Below are positions 36,032 to 45,978 of a stretch of DNA of 64,000 nucleotides, one piece after another. The stretch lies in contig CAXXWQ010000004.1 of the NCBI GenBank assembly GCA_963674945.2, forward strand, positions 2,560,001 to 2,624,000, read 5' to 3'. Made by a program: the position numbers and the translations under genes. Position 1 is the first letter of the stretch, and the number at the start of each line of letters is the position of its first letter. The stretch comes from an uncultured Desulfosarcina sp. (GTDB lineage: Bacteria; Desulfobacterota; Desulfobacteria; Desulfobacterales; Desulfosarcinaceae). A model generated the notes under the pieces. It was not told the origin of the DNA. It saw only the letters and a program-made list of their open reading frames with translations, and searched no databases.

Positions 36032-37489
36032 TCAGCCTCCCTTTTTCTGTTTGGACATGGCCTTTTTCAACTGATCCCCAAGGGAACCCAATGAGTTGTT
36101 GTTTTCAGCGGCATAGGCCTGCCAGCTTTGATCATCGACGACATCGCCGGTGCCCAGGGAAATTTTTCGCTCCCCCGGATTCACGGTATCGACGGTGACG
36201 GTGATGGCAGCACCGGGTTTGAGTGCTTCGATGGCAGCTGCTTTCTCCGATGCGGCGATTTTCGATTTGGGCAAAAGTCCGGTGATACCCGGTGCCAGAT
36301 TGACGAAAATCCCGAAGCCTTCCTTTTTCTCCACCTGCCCCGTCACGCTTTTCCCCGGTGTGAATCGTTCCTCCACGTCCGCCCAAGGATCCCCTTCGGC
36401 ATCCTTGATACTCAAGGAGATCCGTTTACGGTCCAGATCGAAGGACTTGACGGCCACCATCACTTCATCCCCCGGGGCGACGACGTCTTCGGGTCGCATC
36501 ACCCTTCGCGTATAACTCATTTCGCTGATGTGAACCAAGCCCTCAATACCGGGAAAGAGCTCGACGAAAGCACCGAAATTGGCACATCGGGTCACCTTGC
36601 CCTTGATTTTGTCGCCCACCCGGATCCGGCTGGACGCATCGGCCCAGGGATCGCCCATGGCCTGTTTGACGGAAAGGGAAATTTTCCGGCTTCCCGGCTT
36701 TTCGCCGTTTTTGATGCCCAGCACTTTCACCCGGAGACGATCTCCAACCTTGACGGCCTGGTCAGGGGTTTCCAGTCGGGACCAACTCAGTTCGCTGATG
36801 TGAACCAACCCTTCCACGCCCGGTACCAGGTTGACGAAGGCCCCAAAAGGCATGATGCGGGCCACGGTACCTTCGTATACCGTATCCTCGTCAAGTTGTT
36901 CCATGAACGCCTTTCGGCTGGCCTCCTGCTCCTTCTGGAGGATATCCCTGCGGGATACGACGATGTTGCGTCCCTTCTCCTCGAAACGCTTGATGAGAAA
37001 GGAAAAAGTTTGGCCCACATAGATGGAAGGATCTTCCACATAGGCAATATCCATTTGACTGATGGGACAAAAGGCCCGTCTCTTGATCACCTCTACATGG
37101 AAACCGCCTTTGACGGTGGAAACCACCTTTCCCTCCACCGGGATTTTCTGCTCGTAGGCATCCCGCAGCATATTGATCCCGCCGATACCGGAAATGGCTT
37201 TGGAAAGTCGGATTTCACTTTCACTTGCAGCAATGACGTACAAGTCCAAATCGTCCCCTTCGCTTACCGTCAGGTGCTGCTCTTCATCCAAAAGTTCTGC
37301 TCTTTCCACAATGCCATCCACCTTTGTGCCCGTGTCCACGAAGACATTATTGGTACCAATGGAGATGACCCGGCATCGAATCTGATCACCGACCTGAATA
37401 TTTTCATTCATACCGGCACTGTATGCTTCCAACAGATCGGCAAAACTCTCCTCGGCTTCCGGAGTTTCGTTATTGTTCTCGTCATTCAT
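36032..37489 (-). CDS. rpsA: 30S ribosomal protein S1 (5 S1 domains; likely paralog)
   Basis: Repeated [18 protein letters not shown]-terminal [15 protein letters not shown] before ATG 37489. Confidence 0.88.
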   Translation of the reverse strand: MNDENNNETPEAEESFADLLEAYSAGMNENIQVGDQIRCRVISIGTNNVFVDTGTKVDGIVERAELLDEEQHLTVSEGDDLDLYVIAASESEIRLSKAISGIGGINMLRDAYEQKIPVEGKVVSTVKGGFHVEVIKRRAFCPISQMDIAYVEDPSIYVGQTFSFLIKRFEEKGRNIVVSRRDILQKEQEASRKAFMEQLDEDTVYEGTVARIMPFGAFVNLVPGVEGLVHISELSWSRLETPDQAVKVGDRLRVKVLGIKNGEKPGSRKISLSVKQAMGDPWADASSRIRVGDKIKGKVTRCANFGAFVELFPGIEGLVHISEMSYTRRVMRPEDVVAPGDEVMVAVKSFDLDRKRISLSIKDAEGDPWADVEERFTPGKSVTGQVEKKEGFGIFVNLAPGITGLLPKSKIAASEKAAAIEALKPGAAITVTVDTVNPGERKISLGTGDVVDDQSWQAYAAENNNSLGSLGDQLKKAMSKQKKGG

Positions 37490-37697
37490 GGCAGTTCTCC
37501 AAATAGAATAAGAAAGTGCGGCAACTTCACCAGAAAATGAAGGGATTTGCAAGCCTATTGTATGGGATAATGCAATTCTCCGGGCGGAATAAAGAATCGT
37601 TCCCCAGGCCCTCTTCGGGGTTGACAACCGGGGGAAGAAAGGTAAGTTATCCGTATCATCGATCCCATGGATGAATGCACGGTTGAAAGGAGCTGAG

Positions 37698-38156
37698 ATG
37701 GCCATTATCGAGTGGGACCCAAAGGGGAATATCGCTGCGCTGCAAAACCGCATCAACCAATTGTTTCTTGATTCGTTTCCCTGTCAGACCGAAGAAAACG
37801 GTTCGACCCCCCGGTGTTCCTGGACACCCCGTGTGGATATTGTCGAAACCGCAGCGGGCATCGTCATCGCAGCCGATCTTCCCGGCGTGAAAAAGCAGGA
37901 CGTGATGGTGGAGGTCAAGAACAACACGCTTACCATCGGTGGTCTGCGGGCCGCACAGACACCCCATATTGAACATCGGTACCTTCGTCAAGAACGCTTC
38001 TTCGGAACATTTCGTCGCTCTTTCACCTTTCACACCGTGATTGCGCCGGAATCGATCAAGGCCCGGTTCAAGGAAGGCGTACTGGTTGTGGAAATTCCAA
38101 AGCCCGATGAAGAGACCGCCAGGAAAATTTCGGTGGATGTGGAATCGGATGAATGA
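37698..38156 (+). CDS. Hsp20/alpha-crystallin small heat-shock protein
   Basis: WTPRVDI.E, ADLPGV, ER.FG.F.RSF, A.FKEGVL.V.IPK; AAGGAG RBS. Confidence 0.92.
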   Translation: MAIIEWDPKGNIAALQNRINQLFLDSFPCQTEENGSTPRCSWTPRVDIVETAAGIVIAADLPGVKKQDVMVEVKNNTLTIGGLRAAQTPHIEHRYLRQERFFGTFRRSFTFHTVIAPESIKARFKEGVLVVEIPKPDEETARKISVDVESDE

Positions 38157-38269
38157 TCCGGATGGGGACGTTGGGGAATTCAGCGGACGCTGAAATTGGG
38201 GTCGATATACCCGTCCTCGTTCGAGATGTCGTAAAATCGGTATAGTACATGATAAATACCGGATGAAGG

Positions 38270-40567
38270 TCACTTGTCCGTTGGGGCAGCCGCTTCTTGC
38301 GTCTTTCCCATGGAAAATAAAATGGCCGAAAGGTTATGGCGGCTCTTCTCGGTATCGGGATGATCGGTTCCCAGCTCAAAATTCAACACCTCCAACGCAC
38401 GACGGCAGTGTCGTTCGGCATCGGCAAAGCGGCCCAGATCATGGTACAACAAGGACAGATTGTTCAAGACAGGGGCCATTTCGGGATGATCCCCATCCGG
38501 CTGGCTCTCTAGAAGATGCAGGACCTGAAGGTATAAGGGTTCGGCGTCGAGGAATTTTCCCTGGTCGTGGAGCACTGCCGCCAAATCGAAAAGAGCGCCT
38601 GTGGTATCGGGATGATCGACCCCCGATCGAGACCTTACGATCTTTACTGCCTGACGGCAAATCGATTCGGCATCGTCGAACTTCCCCTGTTTTTTTAACA
38701 CCCGAACGAGATCCCGCAAGCCCTCTGCGACAAGGAGAAGTTCACCTCCCGAATGGGTCTTTCGGATTCCGATGGCCCGGCGGCAGTAAGGTTCGGCCTC
38801 GGCATACCGCCCGAAACATTCGAGCAGTACCGATAGGTTGAGCAGTCCGGTGGCAATATGGGGATGGTCTCCTCCCAACTTGTTTTCCCATGTCTTGATG
38901 GCCTTGCGAAACAATGGTTCCGCTTCCGCAAGGTCGCCGATCTCCAGAAGCGAAACGGCCAGGTTGTTCAGCGCTGCGGCTGTATGGAAATTGTCTTCGC
39001 CCAACCGGTCAGCATAAATCTTCCATACCTGGCGGAAGAGCAAAGCAGCCTCTTCATCGTTGCCCCGGTCACGTAAAAACAACGCGAGGTTGTTTGTTAC
39101 CGCCCCCGTGTAAAGATGGTCATCTCCCAAACGGCTTTGATAAATATGAAGTGCACGCCGAAAATATGATTCCGCCTCATCGAAGCGCTTTCCATCGTAA
39201 AGCAAGGTAGCCAGGTTGTTGGCGACCGCACCGGCATGGGGGTGATCGTCTCCGAACTTCCGTTCGTAATGGTCCAGTTCCTGTTTGAAATAGGTTTCGG
39301 CCTCGGCAAACGCCCCCCGTTCCTGCAGCTGGCGCCTCATACTGTCCAGAAGATTGGCGATAACTTCCAATGCAACCCCATTTTCCCGGACATGGGCAAC
39401 TACGGTTCGGGCATGACAAAAAAGAATATCCCATTTCAGCCCTGGCTGATCACCGTCCGTTTCACCTGGAGAAAAGACGTGATGGATCGTGCGAACCGCG
39501 GCATCGGCCCATCTTTGCCGCTCATCCGTCTTCAGATGTTCCCGCACCATTTCCTGAATGAGATGGTTCACAAGGAGATCTTCCGAAATCGATGCCACAA
39601 GCCCGTATCGTTCCAACACTGCGATGTTATGGTCCAGTGCCTCGGGATCATTGAAAGATTCTGCAAATGGTGGCGCCACAAACTGCCCCGCCTTGGAAAA
39701 AAGAGGACGGGATATCCCGTCGGAAGATAGATAGGCGGTAAGATACAGGATCCCCAAGGCAACCGGTTCCCTGTTCTGAATCGCTTGCAGGGAAAGGAAA
39801 AAGGCCGTTCCAGCCGTCCGGGGATATTTGGACGAAGCTTTCTTTATGGCACTTTGGCATTTCCTGTGAGACTGCAGGTAATCGCCGAAGTCGATTTCGG
39901 TTTCCATCAAGTACGCTCCGGCCAATTCCATTGCCACGGGAAGGTCTCCCAGTTGTTCGGCGACTTCGGCCGCGCCCCGTGGGTCATTTGTATCTGCGCG
40001 ACGAAGGAGAAAATCTATCGATTCCGATCGGGACCAGAACAAAAGAGGCAATTCACAAAACGATTTTTCCCAGACCATGTGACGCGTGGTGATGATCACG
40101 TGGCCGCCGCATTTTTCGGGAAGATATCGTTTCAGGTCTTCCGGCCTCTTGACATCATCGAGGATGAGCAACCAGTTTTGGTTATTCGTGAGCCACTCCC
40201 TTACGGAATCGATGACGGTCTTCTCATCCTGCCCCTGATTTTCCAACAAATTCATCGTGGTGGCAAACGCGCGATAATCCGATAACAGCGTCTCCTTCTC
40301 TTTTGCCCGCAACCACCAAACCGCCTGATAGATGGATGCCTGGCGAAAGGCGTATTCCACTGCGATCTGGGTTTTGCCTATTCCCGCCATCCCCTTGATC
40401 ACCTGGGGAAGGACCGCACGCTCTTTGGAATGAAATGCTTCCGTCAATTTGGAAAGAATTGCGTCGCGCCCTGTGAAATGGATGTTGCGGGGCATGGGAA
40501 CATTCCAAACCGGTGGCAACGTGACGGAAGAATGGGGCTGGACCGAACCCTCATTGAGTTGCTTCAA
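38270..40567 (-). CDS. NB-ARC (STAND) NTPase with C-terminal 42-aa TPR array (FxSxx-COOH-TPR-like)
   Basis: VWNVP.PRN.HFTGR, Walker A GMAGIGKT, Walker B LLILDD, IITTR; about 8 G.DHP..A..LNNLA repeats; GGAGGTG RBS before TTG. Confidence 0.9.
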   Translation of the reverse strand: MKQLNEGSVQPHSSVTLPPVWNVPMPRNIHFTGRDAILSKLTEAFHSKERAVLPQVIKGMAGIGKTQIAVEYAFRQASIYQAVWWLRAKEKETLLSDYRAFATTMNLLENQGQDEKTVIDSVREWLTNNQNWLLILDDVKRPEDLKRYLPEKCGGHVIITTRHMVWEKSFCELPLLFWSRSESIDFLLRRADTNDPRGAAEVAEQLGDLPVAMELAGAYLMETEIDFGDYLQSHRKCQSAIKKASSKYPRTAGTAFFLSLQAIQNREPVALGILYLTAYLSSDGISRPLFSKAGQFVAPPFAESFNDPEALDHNIAVLERYGLVASISEDLLVNHLIQEMVREHLKTDERQRWADAAVRTIHHVFSPGETDGDQPGLKWDILFCHARTVVAHVRENGVALEVIANLLDSMRRQLQERGAFAEAETYFKQELDHYERKFGDDHPHAGAVANNLATLLYDGKRFDEAESYFRRALHIYQSRLGDDHLYTGAVTNNLALFLRDRGNDEEAALLFRQVWKIYADRLGEDNFHTAAALNNLAVSLLEIGDLAEAEPLFRKAIKTWENKLGGDHPHIATGLLNLSVLLECFGRYAEAEPYCRRAIGIRKTHSGGELLLVAEGLRDLVRVLKKQGKFDDAESICRQAVKIVRSRSGVDHPDTTGALFDLAAVLHDQGKFLDAEPLYLQVLHLLESQPDGDHPEMAPVLNNLSLLYHDLGRFADAERHCRRALEVLNFELGTDHPDTEKSRHNLSAILFSMGKTQEAAAPTDK

Positions 40568-40633
40568 CAGACCACCTCCAAATGATGAACGCTCCGGTTG
40601 TTACGTGTCGGATTCTGTGGAATCTTCCACGAA

Positions 40634-41524
40634 TCACTTTCTTTCCACCGCATGGCAATCGTTTCCCATGACAACCCCCTGGGGATCATCGGAAATTTTC
40701 GAGATGGTGGGGGCTTTGTGACGCTTTATCCATCGCTGGGCACCCAGATTCAAAAAAAAGACCAGGCCTGCTACCAGAATGATGGATGCTCCCGACGTAA
40801 CATCAAAGGCGTAGGAAATCCACAAACCGGCGATGGTGAACACGGCACCGAGCATGCTGGATCCGATCATCATCTGCAGCATGGAGCGGGCATGGGTTTC
40901 CATGATAAAGGGAGGGATGGTCAAAAGGGCGATGACCAGGATCAATCCCACCACCTGGATGACCAGAACCACGGTGATCGCCAGCAGACCGATGAGCAGA
41001 AAGTACAAGGCGGTTACCGGAACGCCCCGGATTCTGGCAAACTCCTCGTCGTAGGACATGGCAAGTAAATCCTCGTAGTAAACGGCAACGAGCCCCACGA
41101 TCACGATCCCCATACCGACCATGAGCCAAATATCGGTGTCCGGTACCGTCAGGATGCTGCCGAAAAGATAACTCATCAGATCCACGTTGTAGCCGGGACT
41201 GAGATCGATGAGGATGATGCCGCAGGCCATTCCCAGTGCCCAGATGACTCCAATCATCGTATCGGCCCGGTGCCTGGCTTTTACGGTGACCGCGGCCATG
41301 ATCCATGCCGCCCCGAGGGAAAATCCCAACGTGCCGGCGAGATAGGACCAGTTGAAAAAAAATGCCAGGCCGATGCCACCATAGGCCGCGTGGGCGATGC
41401 CGCCGGATAGAAAAACGATCCGGTTCACCACCACCAGCGTGCCCATGATGCCGCAAATCAGACTGGCCAATAGCCCTGCGGCGAGGGCGTTTTGCATGAA
41501 CTCGTACTGCATGGCTTCGATCAT
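40634..41524 (-). CDS. znuB: Zn/Mn ABC transporter permease
   Basis: FMQNAL.AG, GGIAHAAYGG, SYLFGSIL, DEEFA..RG, VGLILVIALL.IP. Confidence 0.88.
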   Translation of the reverse strand: MIEAMQYEFMQNALAAGLLASLICGIMGTLVVVNRIVFLSGGIAHAAYGGIGLAFFFNWSYLAGTLGFSLGAAWIMAAVTVKARHRADTMIGVIWALGMACGIILIDLSPGYNVDLMSYLFGSILTVPDTDIWLMVGMGIVIVGLVAVYYEDLLAMSYDEEFARIRGVPVTALYFLLIGLLAITVVLVIQVVGLILVIALLTIPPFIMETHARSMLQMMIGSSMLGAVFTIAGLWISYAFDVTSGASIILVAGLVFFLNLGAQRWIKRHKAPTISKISDDPQGVVMGNDCHAVERK

Positions 41525-41527
41525 CGA

Positions 41528-42328
41528 TCACTCCTCATGATGCTTTAACACCCGATGGGGCACATGACCATGGGTAACCAGTTCGATCGGGCAGGTCCCT
41601 TCTTCCATGGATGGATACATGCTGTCTATCATCTGACTGTCGATTTCGGAATGCTGGTGATAGTGCAGCCGCCGGTTCACACAGGCGATGGATTTGATGT
41701 AGGTGGAAATGGCCAAAAGGTCATGACTGACGACCACGATTGTCACATCCCGATTCAATTGCTGGAGCAATTGAAAAAAAGCCGCCTGTCCCCTCGCGTC
41801 AATGCTTGCCGTTGGCTCGTCCATCAAGAGCAAACGAGGTTTGGTTACCATGGCCCGGGCGATGAAGACACGCTGCCGCTGGCCACCGGACAGTTCACCC
41901 ATGCGCCGGCTCGCATGGACGGCAATACCAATTTTTTCCATTGCATGAAGGGCGTCCTGGCGATCTTTCTTACCGTTCTTGGCCCATCGTTTCCCTGGGG
42001 TCAGCTTGCCCGTTCGCACCACATCCAGCGCCGTAATGGGAAAATGCCGGTTGATATGTACGTTCTGGGGCACGTACCCGACCTGGTGCGATGCGCGTCC
42101 GGCAGGTCGTCCCATTACTCGGATCCAACCATGGTGAGGTTTGAGCAATCCCAGCATCAGCTTGAGCAAGGTGGTTTTGCCACCGCCGTTCGGACCGATC
42201 ATGGCAACGAAATCGCCCTGGGCAACCGTCAGGTTGACATCGGTGAGAACGGGTTGATGATCATAAGCAAAGTCCAGATCACGGATCTCGATGATGGGGT
42301 TTGCGGTGACGTGGTCAACGGAATGCAT
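41528..42328 (-). CDS. znuC: Zn/Mn ABC transporter ATP-binding protein
   Basis: [24 protein letters not shown]; His-rich C-terminus. Confidence 0.88.
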   Translation of the reverse strand: MHSVDHVTANPIIEIRDLDFAYDHQPVLTDVNLTVAQGDFVAMIGPNGGGKTTLLKLMLGLLKPHHGWIRVMGRPAGRASHQVGYVPQNVHINRHFPITALDVVRTGKLTPGKRWAKNGKKDRQDALHAMEKIGIAVHASRRMGELSGGQRQRVFIARAMVTKPRLLLMDEPTASIDARGQAAFFQLLQQLNRDVTIVVVSHDLLAISTYIKSIACVNRRLHYHQHSEIDSQMIDSMYPSMEEGTCPIELVTHGHVPHRVLKHHEE

Positions 42329-43217
42329 GTTTGAACTCCTCTGCCGCCTTTTGCAAATTGGTCGCCCAGTCAGGGGCAAGCGGATCGACGATGATGACGC
42401 GACCCGATATGGACTTTGCGATCTGCCGGGCGCCTTTGGATGAGAACTGGGGCTGCACAAAAATCACCCGAATGTGATTTTCTTTTGCAAATTCGATCAA
42501 TTGGCCGATCTGTGCCGGCTTGGGGCTTTTTCCTTCCAGCTCGATGGGAACCTGCTTCAGGCCATAGGTATGGGCAAAGGTGCCCCAGGAGGGATGAAAC
42601 ACCATGAAAGCACTGCCGCTCAGCCCGTCGAAGGTTTCCCTCAGCCGGGCATCCAAATCGACCAGCGACACCATGAACTGTCTGTAGTTCGCTTCATAAA
42701 CGGTTCGGTGGTTCGGGTCGGCCGCCTGCAGGGCCAAAAGAATCGTCCGTGCCTGCATCATTACCATGGGAGGAGACAACCAGACATGAGGATCGCGTGT
42801 TCCATGGTCGTGGTCGTCCTCTCCTTTTTTCCGGTGCGAGTGTTCTTCTTCATGGTGGTGCCTTGCATCCATGGGCAGCTTCAAGATGCCGTCGTCGGTA
42901 TGAATCACTTTCAAATCGGGATTCATGGCAACGATCTTGTCCAGCCTGGCCGCCTCCATTTCCACGCCGATGGCGAAGTAAAGGAGGGCTTTGGAAAGGG
43001 CCGCCATCTGTTGGGGCCGGGGCTCATAGGTGTGCGGATCGGCCCCCGGCTCCACCAGTACCTGAACGGTTACCAGCTCTCCGCCGATTTGCTCCACGAA
43101 GTAGCGCTGGGGTGCGATGGTGACGAAAACGGATAGCGGCGCAGCGCCGGCCTGGCCCGTGGTCACCCCCCATGCCAGGATTGCTGCGGCCCACAAAAAA
43201 TGCTTGGTGCATGTCAT
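42315..43217 (-). CDS. znuA: Zn ABC transporter substrate-binding protein
   Basis: ADPHTYEP, His-rich loop HHHEEEHSH…DPHVWLSP, FHPSW, EGK. Confidence 0.88.
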   Translation of the reverse strand: MTCTKHFLWAAAILAWGVTTGQAGAAPLSVFVTIAPQRYFVEQIGGELVTVQVLVEPGADPHTYEPRPQQMAALSKALLYFAIGVEMEAARLDKIVAMNPDLKVIHTDDGILKLPMDARHHHEEEHSHRKKGEDDHDHGTRDPHVWLSPPMVMMQARTILLALQAADPNHRTVYEANYRQFMVSLVDLDARLRETFDGLSGSAFMVFHPSWGTFAHTYGLKQVPIELEGKSPKPAQIGQLIEFAKENHIRVIFVQPQFSSKGARQIAKSISGRVIIVDPLAPDWATNLQKAAEEFKHAFR

Positions 43218-43301
43218 CAGGTCCTCCATCCATCTGTCTTGTCCAGACTTCGTTGCCGCTGGTGCTTTGGGCGAAACAACGCAAAATGAATATGGTTCGT
43301 C

Positions 43302-44303
43302 CTATTCCATCTTCCTGAAGAACATCTTCACAAAGGGGCTTAGGTCCTGGCGTGCCCGGTATTCCATAGGGCTTTGTTGGACAAACCCCAGCCTGCCGTA
43401 AAGGGCCTCCAGTCGTGGATTGTTGGTCAGGGAGATGAAACGGGTATATCCTTGGGTTCGCATCAGATCCATGAACGCATTCACCATATGCACGCCCACC
43501 CGCTGGTTGCGAAACCGTGTGGAGATGGCAACCGCCCCCAGTTCCACGGTCCGGTCGTCGATAATCTTTTTCTCCACGCATCCCACAACGATGCCGTCGA
43601 TGGCGGTGACGTAGAACCGATTCCGGTTTTCGTACAGATATGCCTTGTCTCTGGGCAATAAAAATCCGGAATGTTTGTACATTTCGAGAATGCGGTGAAC
43701 GATGGCCACCTCTTCATCGGATCGAACCGGTCGAAAATCTTCCGTAAAGTCATTGGCGATGAGTGTACCCGAACCCTCCACGGTGAACAATTCATTTTTT
43801 ATGGTATTCTTTCCCGCCGGCAGGATGTGGACACGTTCACATTGGCCGGCTTCGATCCGTTTGCAGATACAGGCCAGCACCCCCTTCAGGTTGACATTGG
43901 CGACCCGACCGTCGAAATCCGCCATAGACCTTCGCACCCGATCGGTGGTGAGGGCGTTGATCTTGTTTCCTTGCCGGTCCACGAGGTATCGACGCTCCAA
44001 CAGGATGACTTTGAACATGGATTTTCGATGGTTGAGCGCCGCATCGTAAAAGTCCGTATCCGGCGGAATCCGGATGATTTCGGTGGATGGCAACCGGCGG
44101 GCCAGTTGTTTCACCCCTTTGCGGTTGGCGAACCGGTTGGGCATGTTGTGCAAGAAGGTGGTCCGGACACCATGGCGCACGAGAAACTTGATGTCGGCAA
44201 TGATATGGTGAAAGTGGTCGCGCAGGATTCCTTCCCGACAGGCGATGAACACCTGTTTGTCGAAAAGTACCCGTTCATATTCTTTCAGATAGAGTCTGGG
44301 CAT
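43302..44303 (-). CDS. ArgA-like protein: reduced amino-acid-kinase-like domain plus GNAT domain
   Basis: RVHIL…ELFT.EGSGTLI linker, LLPR, VGC, ELGAVAI…RNQRVG GNAT motif. Confidence 0.7.
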   Translation of the reverse strand: MPRLYLKEYERVLFDKQVFIACREGILRDHFHHIIADIKFLVRHGVRTTFLHNMPNRFANRKGVKQLARRLPSTEIIRIPPDTDFYDAALNHRKSMFKVILLERRYLVDRQGNKINALTTDRVRRSMADFDGRVANVNLKGVLACICKRIEAGQCERVHILPAGKNTIKNELFTVEGSGTLIANDFTEDFRPVRSDEEVAIVHRILEMYKHSGFLLPRDKAYLYENRNRFYVTAIDGIVVGCVEKKIIDDRTVELGAVAISTRFRNQRVGVHMVNAFMDLMRTQGYTRFISLTNNPRLEALYGRLGFVQQSPMEYRARQDLSPFVKMFFRKME

Positions 44304-44343
44304 AACATTATTGCCTGTCCGGGAAACCGTTGCTTCCTTAACG

Positions 44344-44363
44344 TTAGCGCACTTTAGGCACTT
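44344..44363. repeat. Short tandem repeat cluster, copy 2 of the dispersed motif
   Basis: TTAGCGCACTTTAGGCACTT; matches 12710-12729 at 19/20. Confidence 0.65.
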
Positions 44364-44382
44364 GTTACTTTGGGGACTCTCC

Positions 44383-45726
44383 CTATATACCCGTATAGTT
44401 ACGCGGCGAAATCGCCAATAATTCCTCTTTTACCGAATCGGTCACGTCCAGGGTGTCGATAAAGGCGGCGATGGCCGCCTGGTCGATGGCCCCATGGGTA
44501 CGGGTCAGTTCCAGAAGGGCTTCGTAGGGTTTGGGGTAACCCTCTCGCCGCAAAATGGTCTGAATGCCTTCGGCCACCACGGCCCAGTTCGCGTCCAGAT
44601 CCTTTTCCAGCACCGCCGCGTGTAAGATCAGCTTTCCCAGTCCCCGCCGGATGGACCGAAGTGCGATGAGGGTGTGTCCCATGGGAACGCCGATATTGCG
44701 GCTTACCGTGGAATCGGTCAAATCCCTCTGGAGCCGGGAAATGGGCAGCTTGGCCGACAGGTGTTCAAACACGGCATTGGCCATGCCCAGGTTGCCTTCG
44801 GCGTTTTCAAAATCGATGGGATTGACCTTGTGGGGCATGGCCGACGAACCGATCTCTCCCGCTTTGATCTTCTGTTTGAAATAGTCCATGGAGATGTAGG
44901 TCCAAAGATCGCGGCACAGATCGATCAGGATGGTGTTGATTCGCTTTACGCCATCGAAGAATGCGGCCTGGTGGTCATAATGTTCGATCTGGGTGGTCAC
45001 CTGGGAGCGGAAAAGCCCCAATCGTTCGTCCACCAGACGATTGGCGAAAGCGATCCAGTCGATGTTCGGATAGGCCACATGGTGGGCATTGAAATTGCCG
45101 GTGGCACCGCCGAACTTGGCGGCGAAGGGAATGGCTTTAAGATTCGCCAGCTGTTGGTGGAGACGGTCGACGAACACCGAGATCTCCTTTCCCAATCGAG
45201 TGGGAGAGGCGGGTTGACCATGGGTGCGGGCCAGCATGGGAACGGACTTCCACGCGTCTGCCTTGGCTGTAAGGTCGGCCACCGTTTCGGTAAGGGCCGG
45301 CAGCAATACGTTGTTCCACGCCTCCTTCATGGCCAGGGGCATGGCCGTATTGTTGATGTCCTGGGAGGTGAGGCCAAAGTGAATGAACTCCTTGAATTGG
45401 GATAGGCGCAATCGATCGAAAGCCTCCTTGACGAAATATTCCACGGCTTTGACATCGTGATTGGTCGTCTTCTCGATATCTTTGATCTTGGCGGCATCTT
45501 TCATTGTGAAATCGCGGAAGATTTTTCGAAGTGAGGGAAAGACCGACGGGTCGACATCGGCAAGCTGCGGCAGAGGAATCTGGCAGAGGGCGATGAAGTA
45601 TTCGATTTCCACCCGCACCCGGTATCGGATCAGGGCACCTTCGCTGAAATAGTCCGACAGGGCGGTGGTGGCCCGATGGTAACGGCCGTCCACGGGGGAC
45701 ACGGCGGTAAGGGGGGTAAGCGTCAT
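44383..45726 (-). CDS. purB: Adenylosuccinate lyase
   Basis: AVSPVDGRY, TNHDVKAVEY, HFGLTSQDIN, RTHGQPA, GSSAMPHKVNPIDFEN, SRLQRDLTD. Confidence 0.97.
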   Translation of the reverse strand: MTLTPLTAVSPVDGRYHRATTALSDYFSEGALIRYRVRVEIEYFIALCQIPLPQLADVDPSVFPSLRKIFRDFTMKDAAKIKDIEKTTNHDVKAVEYFVKEAFDRLRLSQFKEFIHFGLTSQDINNTAMPLAMKEAWNNVLLPALTETVADLTAKADAWKSVPMLARTHGQPASPTRLGKEISVFVDRLHQQLANLKAIPFAAKFGGATGNFNAHHVAYPNIDWIAFANRLVDERLGLFRSQVTTQIEHYDHQAAFFDGVKRINTILIDLCRDLWTYISMDYFKQKIKAGEIGSSAMPHKVNPIDFENAEGNLGMANAVFEHLSAKLPISRLQRDLTDSTVSRNIGVPMGHTLIALRSIRRGLGKLILHAAVLEKDLDANWAVVAEGIQTILRREGYPKPYEALLELTRTHGAIDQAAIAAFIDTLDVTDSVKEELLAISPRNYTGI

Positions 45727-45824
45727 CTCCGTCTCCTACAGTATCAAAGGTATAATGGCCGCATTGGCTATGTTTTCAAGGCAGCTTATAAAAAAACGGC
45801 TAATCAAAGTCAAAAACTTAAAAC

Positions 45825-45978
45825 TGATGAACTCGTAAAAAGTCGGGTTTCGGACGGCTTCGTAAAAAGTTCGAGATCAAGGCTTGCGAAGCCCGAGGAA
45901 TGAGGCGTATGGTTGGATACGTCGCAGTGACGAGGGATGAAGCGTAACGCCGATATCGGACTTTTTACGAAGCCGTCA
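45825..45978. mobile_element. MITE/REP-like palindromic element, copy 2
   Basis: Perfect 18-bp inverted repeat GACGGCTTCGTAAAAAGT (45853-45870 / 45960-45977) plus outer half-site; end overlaps recD2 stop. Confidence 0.75.

Noticed and set aside
36128..37540. 470-aa plus-strand ORF, and similar long antisense ORFs (33466-34605, 10729-11760, 35118-36074, 47071-47955)
   Set aside because: Each shadows a well-supported gene on the other strand and has no recognisable motifs; expected from codon bias in GC-rich DNA.
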